This document shows, one piece after another, positions 10,221 to 20,082 of a stretch of DNA of 64,000 nucleotides. A model generated the notes under the pieces. The model was not told the DNA's origin. It was given only the letters and a program-made list of their open reading frames with translations, and searched no databases. A program made the translations under genes and the position numbers. This DNA is from Opitutales bacterium. Lineage in GTDB: Bacteria > Verrucomicrobiota > Verrucomicrobiia > Opitutales > JAFGAQ01. Within the stretch, counting starts at the first letter, position 1. Each line of letters starts with the position of its first letter. The stretch covers positions 45,689 through 109,688 of the forward strand of contig CAXXVT010000016.1 of assembly GCA_963676215.2 (NCBI GenBank). Direction: 5' to 3'.

Positions 10221-10571
10221 TTATGTTAAATGGGCTTTCCATTCGGCTTCTTTGAAGCCAACAGCATTCCATTTTTGTGATAGAAGGAATGGACGTTTCA
10301 CCAAATTTCCATTCGAGTGCAACAGATCAATTGCTTCTGACTCAGTCATAGTGGGAAGTTTGTCTTTGAGGCCCTGACCGCGATAGTCCATGCCGGAAGT
10401 GTTGAAGAGTTTCCGGATATCACCTTCATAGGATGACAGCATCTCCTTGAGTTCTGGGATGCTTGGAGGGGTGTCCCTGATGGGCATTTCATCGTATGCG
10501 ATCCCTTCGCTATCGAGCCATTTCGTCGCTTTGCGACAGGTGCTACATTTTTGATAAGTGTAAACCTTCAT
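10221..10571 (-). CDS. ArsC/Spx/YffB-family thioredoxin-fold protein
   Basis: [31 protein letters not shown]...[10 protein letters not shown] gives a CxxC near the N-terminus and the family-typical C-terminal block. Confidence 0.75.
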   Translation of the reverse strand: MKVYTYQKCSTCRKATKWLDSEGIAYDEMPIRDTPPSIPELKEMLSSYEGDIRKLFNTSGMDYRGQGLKDKLPTMTESEAIDLLHSNGNLVKRPFLLSQKWNAVGFKEAEWKAHLT

Positions 10572-10736
10572 TGTTCGAGATTCCTACAGTGGGTGAGTGG
10601 GAAGGTCAATAAGCCAATGTTGCAGATGATGGGATTCGTGCTTTCTTGAGAAGAAGATGATCCGTATGAAAGTTTGTGAACCGATGTAGTCTGGGTATTT
10701 CGGAGACAAAATTTTTCGCATTTAGTTAACATGGAA

Positions 10737-10827
10737 CGTAGTATCGTATGCTTGCATGCGATCTCTTTTGTGCGGGTGCATACTTATCGTGATAATAGAA
10801 CATTCGATGACGAGCATCGAATACTAC
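10737..10827. repeat. REP-like palindromes, family A (two hairpin units)
   Basis: cgtagtatcgtatgcttgcatgcgat (10737-10762) and cattcgatgacgagcatcgaatactac (10801-10827). Both unit types recur at 13879-14124. Confidence 0.65.
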
Positions 10828-10886
10828 AACCCAGAATCTCTTCTTTTACGATTTACGGAACTGATCCTTGGAGATTACTATTTGTT

Positions 10887-11582
10887 GTGCTGGAGGTGAT
10901 TTACGAGGATTCCCATTTGATCGCAATTAACAAGCCCTCGGGTTTGTTGGTGCATCGATCGATGATGGATTCAGCAGCGACAGAATTTGCCATACAGCTG
11001 TTGCGGGATCAGATCGGAAAGTGGGTGCAACCAGTGCACCGTTTGGACCGTCCCACTTCTGGGGTATTGCTCTTTGCGTTGGATAAAACAGTGGCGAACC
11101 AGATGATGGAGCAGTTTGCCGAGCATCTCCCCTGCAAGAAATATCTGGCGATTGTTAGAGGGTATTGTGAAGGGGATGGAACGCTCGACTATGAACTAAA
11201 GCGGGAAGTTGATAAATATACTCAGGCTTCCACTTCGGTGCTGCAGGAAGCCGTCACTCACTGGAATTGCAAGAAGACAGTCGAACTGCCCTATGCTGTG
11301 GGAAAATTTGAAACGGCTCGGTTTTCACTAATGGAGTTGCGTCCCGAAACGGGAAGAAAGCATCAACTTCGCCGGCACATGGCCCACCTGCGGCATCCCA
11401 TTATCGGGGATACCCGTCATGGTGATGGCATACAAAATCGGTTTGCCAGAAAAACTTTTGAGGTTCATCGGCTATTGTTGCACGCAAATTATTTGGAATT
11501 CGACCATCCTGTTTCAGGCGAAAAGGTAACGATCAATGCCGGTCTGGATGAAGTCTTTGAGAGGATGATCAATCTGTTTTGA
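10887..11582 (+). CDS. truC: tRNA pseudouridine synthase C (RluA/TruC family)
   Basis: VLEVIYEDSHLIAINKPSGLLVHRS...VHRLDRPTSGVLLFALDK...KKYLAIVRGY, close to the TruC pattern. I placed the start at GTG 10887, because the upstream part of track ORF 10731.. consists of REP units. Confidence 0.8.
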   Translation: MLEVIYEDSHLIAINKPSGLLVHRSMMDSAATEFAIQLLRDQIGKWVQPVHRLDRPTSGVLLFALDKTVANQMMEQFAEHLPCKKYLAIVRGYCEGDGTLDYELKREVDKYTQASTSVLQEAVTHWNCKKTVELPYAVGKFETARFSLMELRPETGRKHQLRRHMAHLRHPIIGDTRHGDGIQNRFARKTFEVHRLLLHANYLEFDHPVSGEKVTINAGLDEVFERMINLF

Positions 11583-11647
11583 TTGCAAAAAAAGCGCCCC
11601 TTACAGGACGCTTTTTCCATGCAAATTTAACTGATGGGTTAGGGGAT

Positions 11648-12040
11648 TTAGAGCGAGTTCGCTGCCAACAATGTTGGAAATTCATTGTCGGCTTCAAAAA
11701 TGATGGGCTGAAGCGCAGTGACATGCCCGCCTGGATTTTCGAATGCCCAACGGCGAACCATTGCTTTTGAGTATTTCGCCAATTTGTCATTAGAAGAACG
11801 AATGACCTGGATATCTGATACTCTGCCTGCTTCGGAGATATTGAACTGTAACAATACATGGCCATCTACTCCAGAAATTGAGTTCGGCATTTCTGGAACC
11901 GACTGATCGATGAGTGCCGGAATGGCACCGTAGTGGATTTCTTGGGCGGGGAGATCGATAATGGCTGTGGTTTGCTCTGCGGCATTGGCGGCTATGGAGA
12001 GGATTCCAATCAAAGCGGCGATGGTGATCTTTTTTTTCAT
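11648..12040 (-). CDS. Secreted TonB C-terminal domain protein
   Basis: Signal peptide MKKKITIAALIGILSIAANA, and a C-terminus GHVLLQFNISEAGRVSDIQVIRSS...AMVRRWAFE resembling the TonB_C fold. Confidence 0.6.
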   Translation of the reverse strand: MKKKITIAALIGILSIAANAAEQTTAIIDLPAQEIHYGAIPALIDQSVPEMPNSISGVDGHVLLQFNISEAGRVSDIQVIRSSNDKLAKYSKAMVRRWAFENPGGHVTALQPIIFEADNEFPTLLAANSL

Positions 12041-12250
12041 ACTATTTCCTCCGAGGGTAAGTGTTTTATTCGAAAAGCGAGTAATTTGGTGTAACTGAAA
12101 ATTCGGCTTAAAGTTACAGAACTGTAACTTTGTGACAGTAATGTAACCTTAGGGGATCTAATATTGAAGTGCGAAGTGGCCTTAAACTGAAATTGTAACA
12201 TTTCTCCTGTTAAAGTTTCTTTTCTGAGTGGAATGTGTAGAGTTAGGTCC

Positions 12251-12919
12251 ATGAAAACTATCCTTGTGACAGGTGCGAATCGAGGTATTGGCGAAGCCAT
12301 CGCGAACATTTTGTCGGAGAAAGGACACCGAGTCATTCGAGCAGCCAGGACATTGCCCGAAGTCGCCACTGAAGATTGGGTGCAACTCGACCTTCTGGAC
12401 CCTGGCTCGATCGATCATATGGTTGCCAATGTGGAACGTTTGTGTGGTGCGCGGGGACTGGATGTATTGATTAACAATGCTGCAATCCTTTTGGGTGCGG
12501 AAATGGCCATGGAAGAATTGACGGTCGATTGCTTGCAGCAAACGTTGGATGTCAATTTGTTCGGAGTTCTTCGGGTCAGTAATGCCTTCTTTCCATTGCT
12601 TAAATTGAATCGACGGGCGCATGTCATTAACATGAGCAGTCTGGCGGGGCAACTGAGTGAACCCATCCATGTGAACCCAGCTTATTGTATTTCGAAAACG
12701 GCCTTGAACGGACTGACGGTGCAGCAGGCGATGGCTTGGGAGCGCTATGGTATTCGGGTGAACTGCTTGAGCCCAGGGTGGGTGAAAACAGAAATGGGAG
12801 GATCGCAGGCACCACTCACGGTTGAAGAGGGTGCAGATACCCCAGTGTGGTTGGCCACCGAGGCGCCGGAGCATCTTACAGGAAAATTTTTCACCGAACG
12901 CACGATCATAGATTGGTGA
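12251..12919 (+). CDS. Short-chain dehydrogenase/reductase (carbonyl-reductase-like SDR)
   Basis: MKTILVTGANRGIGEAIA (TGxxxGIG), NNAA, and catalytic YCISKTALN (YxxxK). Confidence 0.85.
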   Translation: MKTILVTGANRGIGEAIANILSEKGHRVIRAARTLPEVATEDWVQLDLLDPGSIDHMVANVERLCGARGLDVLINNAAILLGAEMAMEELTVDCLQQTLDVNLFGVLRVSNAFFPLLKLNRRAHVINMSSLAGQLSEPIHVNPAYCISKTALNGLTVQQAMAWERYGIRVNCLSPGWVKTEMGGSQAPLTVEEGADTPVWLATEAPEHLTGKFFTERTIIDW

Positions 12920-13842
12920 TGGATGCGGAATCTAGAGAAGGGTTTCCCAACGACATTGTGAAAGTTGGGACCTATCGAAGTCCTCGCCAGGCGAACGATG
13001 ATACGTTACTGATTTTGTCGATGGGGCTTTCTTATTGGATGGTCCCGACTGAAGAGGGCTACGAAGTGAGAGTCGAAACGGCGGTGGCAGAGGATGTGAT
13101 CTTGCAGCTCGAACGCTCTCGATCAGAAAACCGTTTCTGGCCAAGGGCAGGATGGGGCATTGGAGATGCTGAATCGCGGGAAGCTGGGTCAGCTGCCAGT
13201 GTTTGGGGTTTTCTGACTTATGCATTGGTTTTGTGTCTGACCTATCTTGCGCAGTTGCATTGGGCGAGAAGTTTTGTGGAAGCGGGGCGAATGGATGTTC
13301 AGGCTGTGTGGAAAGGGCATGAATGGTGGCGCGTTATAACTGCGCTGACTTTACATGCTGACATCCCTCACTTACTAGGGAATTTGGGGTTAGGGTGTTT
13401 TTTTGCGATATTCGTTGCCCAAGCTTTTGGATCCCGACTGGGGTGGAGTTTGATCTTGTGGAGTGGAGCGTTGGGAAACCTGTTTAATGCTGGCATCCAT
13501 TCGGGGGAAGCCTATTTTTCGATTGGTGCGTCTACAGCTGTATTTGCCGCGGTAGGAATCCTTTCAGGCAATGCCATGGCACGAATGATTCAGTATCGAA
13601 GTTTTCTACTGTTGAGGGATGTGATGATCCCAGTGTTTGTTGCCTTTGTGGTTCTGGCTTGGTGGGGAAGCTCAGGTGAGAATACAGACATCATCGGGCA
13701 TTTGATGGGTTTACTTTCTGGATTATTACTGGGTTATCTTTTCAAAAAAAACTCTCTTCCGTCGAATGGTTGGGTGATGGGTGGCGTGGCGATCTTTTCC
13801 CTGGCGATGATCCCGATTGCCTGGTGGTTCGCGATCAGATAG
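12919..13842 (+). CDS. Rhomboid-family intramembrane serine protease
   Basis: WWRVITALTLHADIPHLLGNL (HxxxN), GASTAVFAAVG (GxSxxxF serine motif) and IGHLMGLLSG (catalytic His helix). Its start ATG overlaps the SDR stop (TGATG), which suggests translational coupling. Confidence 0.8.
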   Translation: MDAESREGFPNDIVKVGTYRSPRQANDDTLLILSMGLSYWMVPTEEGYEVRVETAVAEDVILQLERSRSENRFWPRAGWGIGDAESREAGSAASVWGFLTYALVLCLTYLAQLHWARSFVEAGRMDVQAVWKGHEWWRVITALTLHADIPHLLGNLGLGCFFAIFVAQAFGSRLGWSLILWSGALGNLFNAGIHSGEAYFSIGASTAVFAAVGILSGNAMARMIQYRSFLLLRDVMIPVFVAFVVLAWWGSSGENTDIIGHLMGLLSGLLLGYLFKKNSLPSNGWVMGGVAIFSLAMIPIAWWFAIR

Positions 13843-13878
13843 AGGAATTTCTCGATTTTTAAAGGGCTGTTCCCTGTT

Positions 13879-14124
13879 CGTAGTATCGTATGCTTGTTGA
13901 TGATCGTGAGCTAGTCGAACGGCATGCGATTTGTTTGATTTTGAGGATACCTATAATTCGATGGCGAGCATCGAATGCTACAAGTGAATACGTTGCGGAC
14001 AGGAATGTCCGCGTTCCTCTCGAGGCAGCCGTAGCATCGCATGCTTGCATGCGATTTATTTAGATGGAAAAGAGTTCGCGAGGGCAGGGTAATTCGATGG
14101 CGAGCATCGCATGCTTGCTACAGG
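13879..14124. repeat. Cluster of family A REP-like palindromic units
   Basis: Units seen: cgtagtatcgtatgcttg, attcgatggcgagcatcgaatgctac, gcggacaggaatgtccgc, ccgtagcatcgcatgcttgcatgcgat and aattcgatggcgagcatcgcatgcttgctac, packed into the gap between the rhomboid and SIMPL genes. Confidence 0.7.
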
Positions 14125-14283
14125 ATTGTCGGAACCCAAACTCCCCCACCTTTACAACTTATTCACATTCGACCTTTCTTGTTTGTGAAAACAATTCATG
14201 TTGGGCACGCTTAATCTCGATTGATTAGTGCATCCTGTCCGCTCGGGATGCATCGCTTATAAAAACCTAATTGTTCTCGCAAG

Positions 14284-15009
14284 ATGAACCAAAAGACAGT
14301 TGTCGCTGTCGCCATCTCTATGATGGTGACCGGGGTCGTTGTGGCCCTTATTATATCGCGACCGTGGATTGCGTTTCGCAATGTACAGCCGCTCCGGGTA
14401 ACCGGATATGCAGAAATTCCGGTAAAGGCTAACATTGGCATCATGAGTGCCACCGTTACCGTTACCGGGGAAACTACCAAATATGCCTATGAAACCGCCG
14501 AGCATCAACTCGATCGGATTCGGGCGTTGTTGATCGAGGAGGATTCGAAAGAATTCGAGATCGTTGAATCCGCTTCTGATATTTCCGAGGTGCTCAAAAT
14601 TGGGCCTGATGGAAAACGGACGAACAAGATCGATTATTATGCTGTTCGAAGAACGCTTCGTATCGAATCCACTAATGTGGAAATGATGGAAATGCTTTCT
14701 CGATCGATCTTTGACCTTAATGCCGATGGCATGAGGGTCAAAGTGTCTGGGCCGCGGTATCTCATCACAGATTTGGGCGAAACGAAGCTCAAATTAGTGA
14801 AAGAGGCGACCCTCAATGGGATGGAACGTGCCAAAACCATCGCCAAAAACGCGAAGGCAGGGCTCGGAGATTTGGTGTCCGCTCGTCAGGGCGTCATTCA
14901 AATCACCCAACCCAATTCCACGGATACATCCGATTGGGGAACCTATGATACTTCCACTATCGCAAAGGTAGCGAAGATCACGGTTCACCTCGAATTGGGG
15001 ATTAAATAG
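14284..15009 (+). CDS. SIMPL (DUF541) domain protein with N-terminal membrane anchor
   Basis: Single N-terminal TM (VVAVAISMMVTGVVVALII) and a C-terminal block SARQGVIQITQPNSTDTSDWG...AKITVHLELG typical of SIMPL/DUF541 proteins. Confidence 0.6.
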   Translation: MNQKTVVAVAISMMVTGVVVALIISRPWIAFRNVQPLRVTGYAEIPVKANIGIMSATVTVTGETTKYAYETAEHQLDRIRALLIEEDSKEFEIVESASDISEVLKIGPDGKRTNKIDYYAVRRTLRIESTNVEMMEMLSRSIFDLNADGMRVKVSGPRYLITDLGETKLKLVKEATLNGMERAKTIAKNAKAGLGDLVSARQGVIQITQPNSTDTSDWGTYDTSTIAKVAKITVHLELGIK

Positions 15010-15070
15010 ATCTCAAGGTTGGGTCTGGAAGGAGAAAAACCTTTGGAGATACCCCAGACTCAATAAAAAA

Positions 15071-15118
15071 GGAAGGGATGATCGCGACAGCATAGCATGA
15101 AGGGCGATCATTCCTTCC
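15071..15118. terminator. Long stem-loop downstream of the SIMPL gene (terminator or REP)
   Basis: ggaagggatgatcgc ... gcgatcattccttcc forms a 15-bp stem with one mismatch, preceded by an A-run. Confidence 0.4.
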
Positions 15119-15341
15119 GATTGTTTCCTCCTTCCAAATATCAGTTACAGAATGGATTCTTTATGATCGCAGGCTCGATATTTGGAGGCAGGTTTAGTTT
15201 TAACAGATGATCGCCCGATTTATTTGGCTGTTTGAGGGAGAGCGAAGTGCCCTCGCTGAGCGGTTGATCGGCAACTGTTTGATGTGACAACTATTTCAAT
15301 TGCGGGGTAGTTTTATGTTTTTCCTCCTAACGAAGAATGCT

Positions 15342-15394
15342 CAAGGGAATGTATGGAAATTTCAACGTTGTTCGAATTTCCAGACATTCCCTTG
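15342..15394. repeat. 20-bp-stem inverted repeat between convergent genes
   Basis: caagggaatgtatggaaatt - 13 nt - aatttccagacattcccttg, with one mismatch in 20 bp. Confidence 0.6.
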
Positions 15395-15430
15395 TTCTAC
15401 TGAGTTAAATGGAATCTGCATTGCGTAGGA

Positions 15431-15497
15431 GGTAGGGGTTCCGCTTGCGGAATTCGCGGTCAGTGAGGATTTCGGATTTGCCAAGGCAAACCCCTAC
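15431..15497. repeat. REP-like element, family B (inverted copy)
   Basis: ttcggatttgccaaggcaaacccctac is the reverse complement of the 3842-3869 core. The adjacent ggttccgcttgcggaattcgcgg resembles the flank at 3870-3898. Confidence 0.6.
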
Positions 15498-15616
15498 AAA
15501 AAATGTCATACCTATGAATTCGAATCATTCATTTGTCGCGTATCTGAGTATCATTGCTGTCTATTTAACTAAGTAGAACTAGACGGACTGACAGTCCTCG
15601 ATACTTTCATCGGGCA

Positions 15617-16396
15617 CTACCATTTATCGCTAGCTTTGTCGTATATTCGGAGACGTTTTTTGAGCTTCTGGATATCTCGAAGCATCTTCCATCCATCCCG
15701 TAGGGATCGCACTGTGCTCGTGGGAGACTCAACCCAGGGGAGTTCTTGTTCTACAATCTGTAATCCTTGTTGCATCGCGAGCGCCAGAAGTTCTCCATCG
15801 AACGCAAAACGATCAATTTTGAAGCGTCGTCGCAGGCGTCGATAAGTGGAAGCTGGGATCATTTTGAACCCGCATTGTGGATCCGAAACATCCAGCTTCA
15901 GTTGCTTTCGAACATAGTTGGCAAACAAGCTTCCCATGATTCTTCGTTTGAAAGATCGAGTTTCTTTGGATGGTTTGGGACGAACTCCGCAACGGATTTG
16001 CTCCGGGTTTTGTAGTGATTCCAGCAGTTGCTCTGCGACCGATTGGGCGGGAACACTGCCATCTGCATCCACAAATGCGAGGACTTTGATGGTTTCTGGG
16101 GCGGTGTTCCATGCTTGCCGGATCGCGTAACCCTTTCCAAAGTTTTGCTCTAGGAGCATAGGAGATGAGAGTATCGCATGCTCTGAATGGAGCCGGGAAA
16201 CCCAGCTAGCGAGCAATTTTTGCAATAAGCGTGAGGACCCATCATCGACGATAACCACTTCTACGGGGACTTGATAAGATTCAAGCGTCTGCAATAGAAT
16301 TGGAAGGTAGCTTTTTAGAGAATCCAGACTCTGAAAGTGGGGCAGCGCCAACCGGATTATTGGCTCATGGTGGGCGTTGGTTTCAATGGGGTGCAT
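15617..16396 (-). CDS. Family 2 glycosyltransferase (polyprenol-phosphate glycosyltransferase-like)
   Basis: VEVVIVDDGSS, FVDADGS (DxD region) and PQCGFKMI, typical of DPM1/GtrB-like GT2 enzymes. The start is ambiguous (16396 or 16456). Confidence 0.75.
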   Translation of the reverse strand: MHPIETNAHHEPIIRLALPHFQSLDSLKSYLPILLQTLESYQVPVEVVIVDDGSSRLLQKLLASWVSRLHSEHAILSSPMLLEQNFGKGYAIRQAWNTAPETIKVLAFVDADGSVPAQSVAEQLLESLQNPEQIRCGVRPKPSKETRSFKRRIMGSLFANYVRKQLKLDVSDPQCGFKMIPASTYRRLRRRFKIDRFAFDGELLALAMQQGLQIVEQELPWVESPTSTVRSLRDGWKMLRDIQKLKKRLRIYDKASDKW

Positions 16397-16450
16397 GAAG
16401 TCTGTGGAATTTGGTTTTGTAAATGGAGTTTTAAAGACTACGATTGGAAT

Positions 16451-18010
16451 ATGCAACTCACTCCCGTTAAAGCTGAAGACTCGAAAATTTTTCGAGTTTC
16501 CTTATGGCTGGGATTTCTGCTTTTGCTATTCGGAATTGCCGGGTTCCGTTGGCAGTACATAGATTTGCGACCGGTTCATACGGATGAGTCAGAGAATGCC
16601 TATCTGTTGGCAGAAGATTTGGCGGGGGATTCCTACACCTTCAACCCTGAACACCATCATGGACCCACCCTGAACTGGTGGTTGAAACTACCGTGCAATT
16701 TTCTGGGCTATTCCAAGTATTCAGACATGAACATGGTGCCCCTGCGGGCTGCGATGTGGGTGCTAGGGTTGGCGACATTAGCGAGTTTTTGGTTTTTCAG
16801 ACGCGTGCTTGGAGTGGAGGGGATGCTGTGCGCTGCTTCACTCGCAGGCGTGTCTGCTTTTCTTACTTACTACGGGAACTACGTCATCCACGAAACCTTG
16901 TTGGGTGCATTGGCGGTACTGGCTCTCTCTTTTATGGTTTCATTCGCATCGAAACCGACGGGACTGAAGGCGGCGGGAATCGGTGCCATTGCCGGACTCA
17001 TGTTTGCCACCAAAATCACCTCACTCATCTATTTTTCGTCGTGGGGCATCGGAGCCGGAGCGGTATGGTTCATGACCAGAGAATGGGCAACCCAGTATCG
17101 GATGCAGCAATGGTTGCTCTGGGGTGTTTTGGCGTTGGTTGCGGGTATGGTCGTTTCCACATTGCTCTATACAAGTTTCCTTCAGCATCCAAGTGGTATT
17201 TGGGATGCGATTCGTTCCCTCTGGGCGTATAAGACGGAAATGGGGCACGAAAAACCAGGGACTTATTTCTTATTTGATTTTGTTTTTCCTATTCATCACC
17301 CCCCCTATGGCAGCTACGAATGGGGGCTGTGGGGATTTGCGTTTGTCGCGTTGCTTGCGTTGGGAATCCCTACATTTCGAAAAAATCTCGATCGATCGAC
17401 TCAGCGTTTCACGGTGTTTTTGTTTGCGAGTGCCTCGGTTCAAGTTCTTTTGTATTCAATGGTGTCCTACAAAACTCCCTGGTTGCTGTTGGTAACCTGG
17501 CTGCAGGTGGCGATGATCGCAGGCATTGGGTTTTCTGGTATCTGGAGATTTCATCGACGGTGGTTACAGGTTGGCGTTGTTTTGGCGTTGTTCATTGGAC
17601 TGGGGGTGCAGATCCGGAGCACGGCTATGTTAAATGGCATCCAGCATTCGGACCCGCGCAATCCATTGGCCTATGCTCCCACTTCTGCGAACATTGAACG
17701 ACTCCCGGAGTTTTTGAACCAACAACTCCATGATTTTCCGGGGTCAGTTGAGATCGCGGTGTATGGTTCTTTCACTTGGCCGATTCCCTGGTATTTGCGA
17801 ACATTTACTAATGTCAGCTATGAGGTGAACACACCGACGTCTCCGTCCGAAACGGTGGTAATACTGACCGATTCTTCGTATGAGAAGGTGAACCCGAAGC
17901 GAATCGCTGAAAGGGTGATTTATCCCTTCACGCTTCGTCCCAATTTCCCAGTATACGTTTGTATTTCAAATCCTAATCAAATGAGTCACGATCTTCCCAT
18001 TCATGAGTGA
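16451..18010 (+). CDS. GT-C fold integral-membrane glycosyltransferase (ArnT/PMT-like, family 39/83-type)
   Basis: More than 10 predicted TM helices and a first-loop acidic motif RPVHTDESENAY followed by HHHGP. It is divergent from the GT2 gene, the usual lipid-carrier donor/transferase pairing. I trimmed the start to ATG 16451. Confidence 0.6.
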   Translation: MQLTPVKAEDSKIFRVSLWLGFLLLLFGIAGFRWQYIDLRPVHTDESENAYLLAEDLAGDSYTFNPEHHHGPTLNWWLKLPCNFLGYSKYSDMNMVPLRAAMWVLGLATLASFWFFRRVLGVEGMLCAASLAGVSAFLTYYGNYVIHETLLGALAVLALSFMVSFASKPTGLKAAGIGAIAGLMFATKITSLIYFSSWGIGAGAVWFMTREWATQYRMQQWLLWGVLALVAGMVVSTLLYTSFLQHPSGIWDAIRSLWAYKTEMGHEKPGTYFLFDFVFPIHHPPYGSYEWGLWGFAFVALLALGIPTFRKNLDRSTQRFTVFLFASASVQVLLYSMVSYKTPWLLLVTWLQVAMIAGIGFSGIWRFHRRWLQVGVVLALFIGLGVQIRSTAMLNGIQHSDPRNPLAYAPTSANIERLPEFLNQQLHDFPGSVEIAVYGSFTWPIPWYLRTFTNVSYEVNTPTSPSETVVILTDSSYEKVNPKRIAERVIYPFTLRPNFPVYVCISNPNQMSHDLPIHE

Positions 18011-18926
18011 ACAATTACAGAATAAGCCCGAGCGGCATCGATATCGTGAAGAGATGATGGCGACTCACTTTGAAATCTACATCGTTCATCTTGAGAAACA
18101 AGTCGCTGATAGTGTGGCAGGAATGGCCTTTCGTGAGCTTGATCGGCTGGAAGATCTTTTAAGCCGATTTCGTGATGGCAGTGATATTGTACGGATTAAT
18201 CAGATGCTCGAAGGAGAAACAATCTTGATAAGTCCGGAGTGCCATGAATGTCTGCGACAGGGTATGGAGGTGCAAATGTTGACAAACGCACGCTTCGACA
18301 TCGCGACTGGAGGTTTTATGGAACTGCTACGTGATCCTGAAGGCAATCCGGTGCAGGCCGAAGAGGCGGAGTGGGATCGCGCGCGGTCGACTAGAGAACA
18401 GGGCGCATTGAAGATCGATCCGGATGAAGCGCGGGTGTCATGCGTAAAGCAAGGGCTGCAGTTGGATCTCGGGGGTATCGGTAAGGGGTATGCCCTGGAA
18501 GCTTTGACGGCACTGTTTGAAGAACTGGAGGTGACGGATTATTTATTGAGTTCGGGGGGGAGCACCTTATTGGCTCGTGGCAAAGATGAATGCGGAAATC
18601 CCTGGACGACTGGCTTGTCCGGTGCCCAGCAATCTTTTGATGTTGAACTCACAGATCAAAGTGTGAGTGGTTCTGGCTTTGAAGTGAAGGGAGCCCACAT
18701 TATCGCCGCTGGCTCCAAAATGGAGGAAGCACTCTGGCGGCGAGTATGGATTACAGGTCCACACGCAGCATTGGTGGATGGACTCTCGACCGCTTGTTTT
18801 CAAATGAACAAGAGTGAAATCGAGACAATGCTGGAATCTTTTGAAGATCAAGTGCGAGTATGGGTGGAAACGTACGAGGGGGAAATAAAGGAAATCCGAA
18901 GGAACCAGGCACCACCAATCTTATGA
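18003..18926 (+). CDS. apbE: FAD:protein FMN transferase (ApbE family)
   Basis: MATHFEIYIV..., SDIVRIN, FDIATGG and LDLGGIGKGYALEA are ApbE family blocks. It overlaps the upstream gene by 8 nt. Confidence 0.8.
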   Translation: MSEQLQNKPERHRYREEMMATHFEIYIVHLEKQVADSVAGMAFRELDRLEDLLSRFRDGSDIVRINQMLEGETILISPECHECLRQGMEVQMLTNARFDIATGGFMELLRDPEGNPVQAEEAEWDRARSTREQGALKIDPDEARVSCVKQGLQLDLGGIGKGYALEALTALFEELEVTDYLLSSGGSTLLARGKDECGNPWTTGLSGAQQSFDVELTDQSVSGSGFEVKGAHIIAAGSKMEEALWRRVWITGPHAALVDGLSTACFQMNKSEIETMLESFEDQVRVWVETYEGEIKEIRRNQAPPIL

Positions 18927-18956
18927 ATCTATGTGTAGGATCGATTTTCTGGAGCA

Positions 18957-18972
18957 CATGACTTTAGTCGTG
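18957..18972. repeat. REP-like hairpin, family C (catgactttagtcgtg)
   Basis: ggagcacatgactttagtcgtg. Copies occur at 20083..20100 and, inverted, at 50242..50259. Confidence 0.55.
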
Positions 18973-19269
18973 TGACTTTTTGCTCGCTGAATGGTTAGAA
19001 AGGGGGTCGCTTTGAAGTGCCCGAAAAACAAGGAGACTGCGGGCTCGTCAAGTCGAGCTCCTACAACAAGTGTTGGTTCGATTTCGTATAAAATCCATCT
19101 CCAATAGTCTAAGATCAAATCCCAATTTGGGATTTTTTGTCGAGGGAACGTTCATTATGACAAGACGACGACTGAAGTTATCGCCTTCGAAAGTCCAGTG
19201 AGCTCGATTCTGGTATGGCGTCGGTTTTGATGGATTGAACTTTTCCATGAAAACTGTAGTCTTGTAAGT

Positions 19270-20043
19270 ATGGAAAGCTCCTCTTCAGGAAACGACAGCA
19301 TTGCGCTGTTGATCGACGCAGATAACGCGCCGGCAGCAAAAATTGATTTTATTATCGCTGAACTTGCCAGTTATGGCGTGGTCAACATTCGCCGGGCTTA
19401 CGGCAATTGGAAAAAACGTGGCCTCGTGGGTTGGGAACAGGCGCTGCACGAATACGCCATCCAACCAGTGCAGAATTTTGATATCATCAAGGGTAAGAAT
19501 GCGACGGATATGTCCCTCGCCATTGATGCGATGGATATACTCTATACCAAGCAGGTCGAAACATTCTGTCTCGTGTCTTCGGATGCGGATTTTACGCCGC
19601 TCATTCTTCGACTACGGGCGGATGGGAAAAAGGTGATTGGATTTGGAGGCAAACAGACCCCAGAGCCCTTTATGAATAGTTGTTCGCATTTTCTATATCT
19701 CGATGACAGCAAGGCTGCGGAGTCGGATCGCAAACAGAAAGCGTCGAGTGTGGATTCTTTGAAACGCGACACCAAACTAGTCAAGATTTTGCGAACCGCG
19801 ATTAATGCAGTGGAAGATGACGATGGTTGGGCTGCACTGGGTCCCGTTGGATCTCATATTTCGAATCAAGGTTCTTTTGATTCCCGAAATTACGGTTTTT
19901 CAAAACTGAGTGATCTTTTCCGTGCCATCGATTTGTTTGAAGTTCGTAGGACTGACAACGAAAACGGCGGTAGAATACTCAAGGTCCGAAACAAAAAACG
20001 GATTCGTTTGGGTAACAGAAATGATGGATCAGAGAAGAATTAG
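19270..20043 (+). CDS. NYN (LabA-like) ribonuclease domain protein with C-terminal OST-HTH/LOTUS domain
   Basis: IALLIDADNA...RRAYGNW...KNATDMSLAIDAMD...CLVSSDADFTPLILRLR is the NYN core. The C-terminus LVKILRTAINAVEDDDGWAALGPVGSHISN...FSKLSDLF is LOTUS-like. Confidence 0.8.
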   Translation: MESSSSGNDSIALLIDADNAPAAKIDFIIAELASYGVVNIRRAYGNWKKRGLVGWEQALHEYAIQPVQNFDIIKGKNATDMSLAIDAMDILYTKQVETFCLVSSDADFTPLILRLRADGKKVIGFGGKQTPEPFMNSCSHFLYLDDSKAAESDRKQKASSVDSLKRDTKLVKILRTAINAVEDDDGWAALGPVGSHISNQGSFDSRNYGFSKLSDLFRAIDLFEVRRTDNENGGRILKVRNKKRIRLGNRNDGSEKN

Positions 20044-20082
20044 TCCTTCCAGAATTCAGTGCCGATAGAATCCTCCCGGAGG

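Noticed and set aside
10731-10886. N-terminal 52-codon extension of the truC ORF in the track
   Set aside because: The extension is made entirely of family A REP hairpins. The conserved TruC N-terminus (LEVIYED..) begins at GTG 10887.
16678-17697. Alternative-frame ORFs (184, 123 and 125 aa) inside the GT-C glycosyltransferase gene
   Set aside because: They are same-strand off-frame ORFs within a continuous 519-aa multi-TM reading frame, and their translations are Arg/Gly/Cys-rich, typical of off-frame reads.
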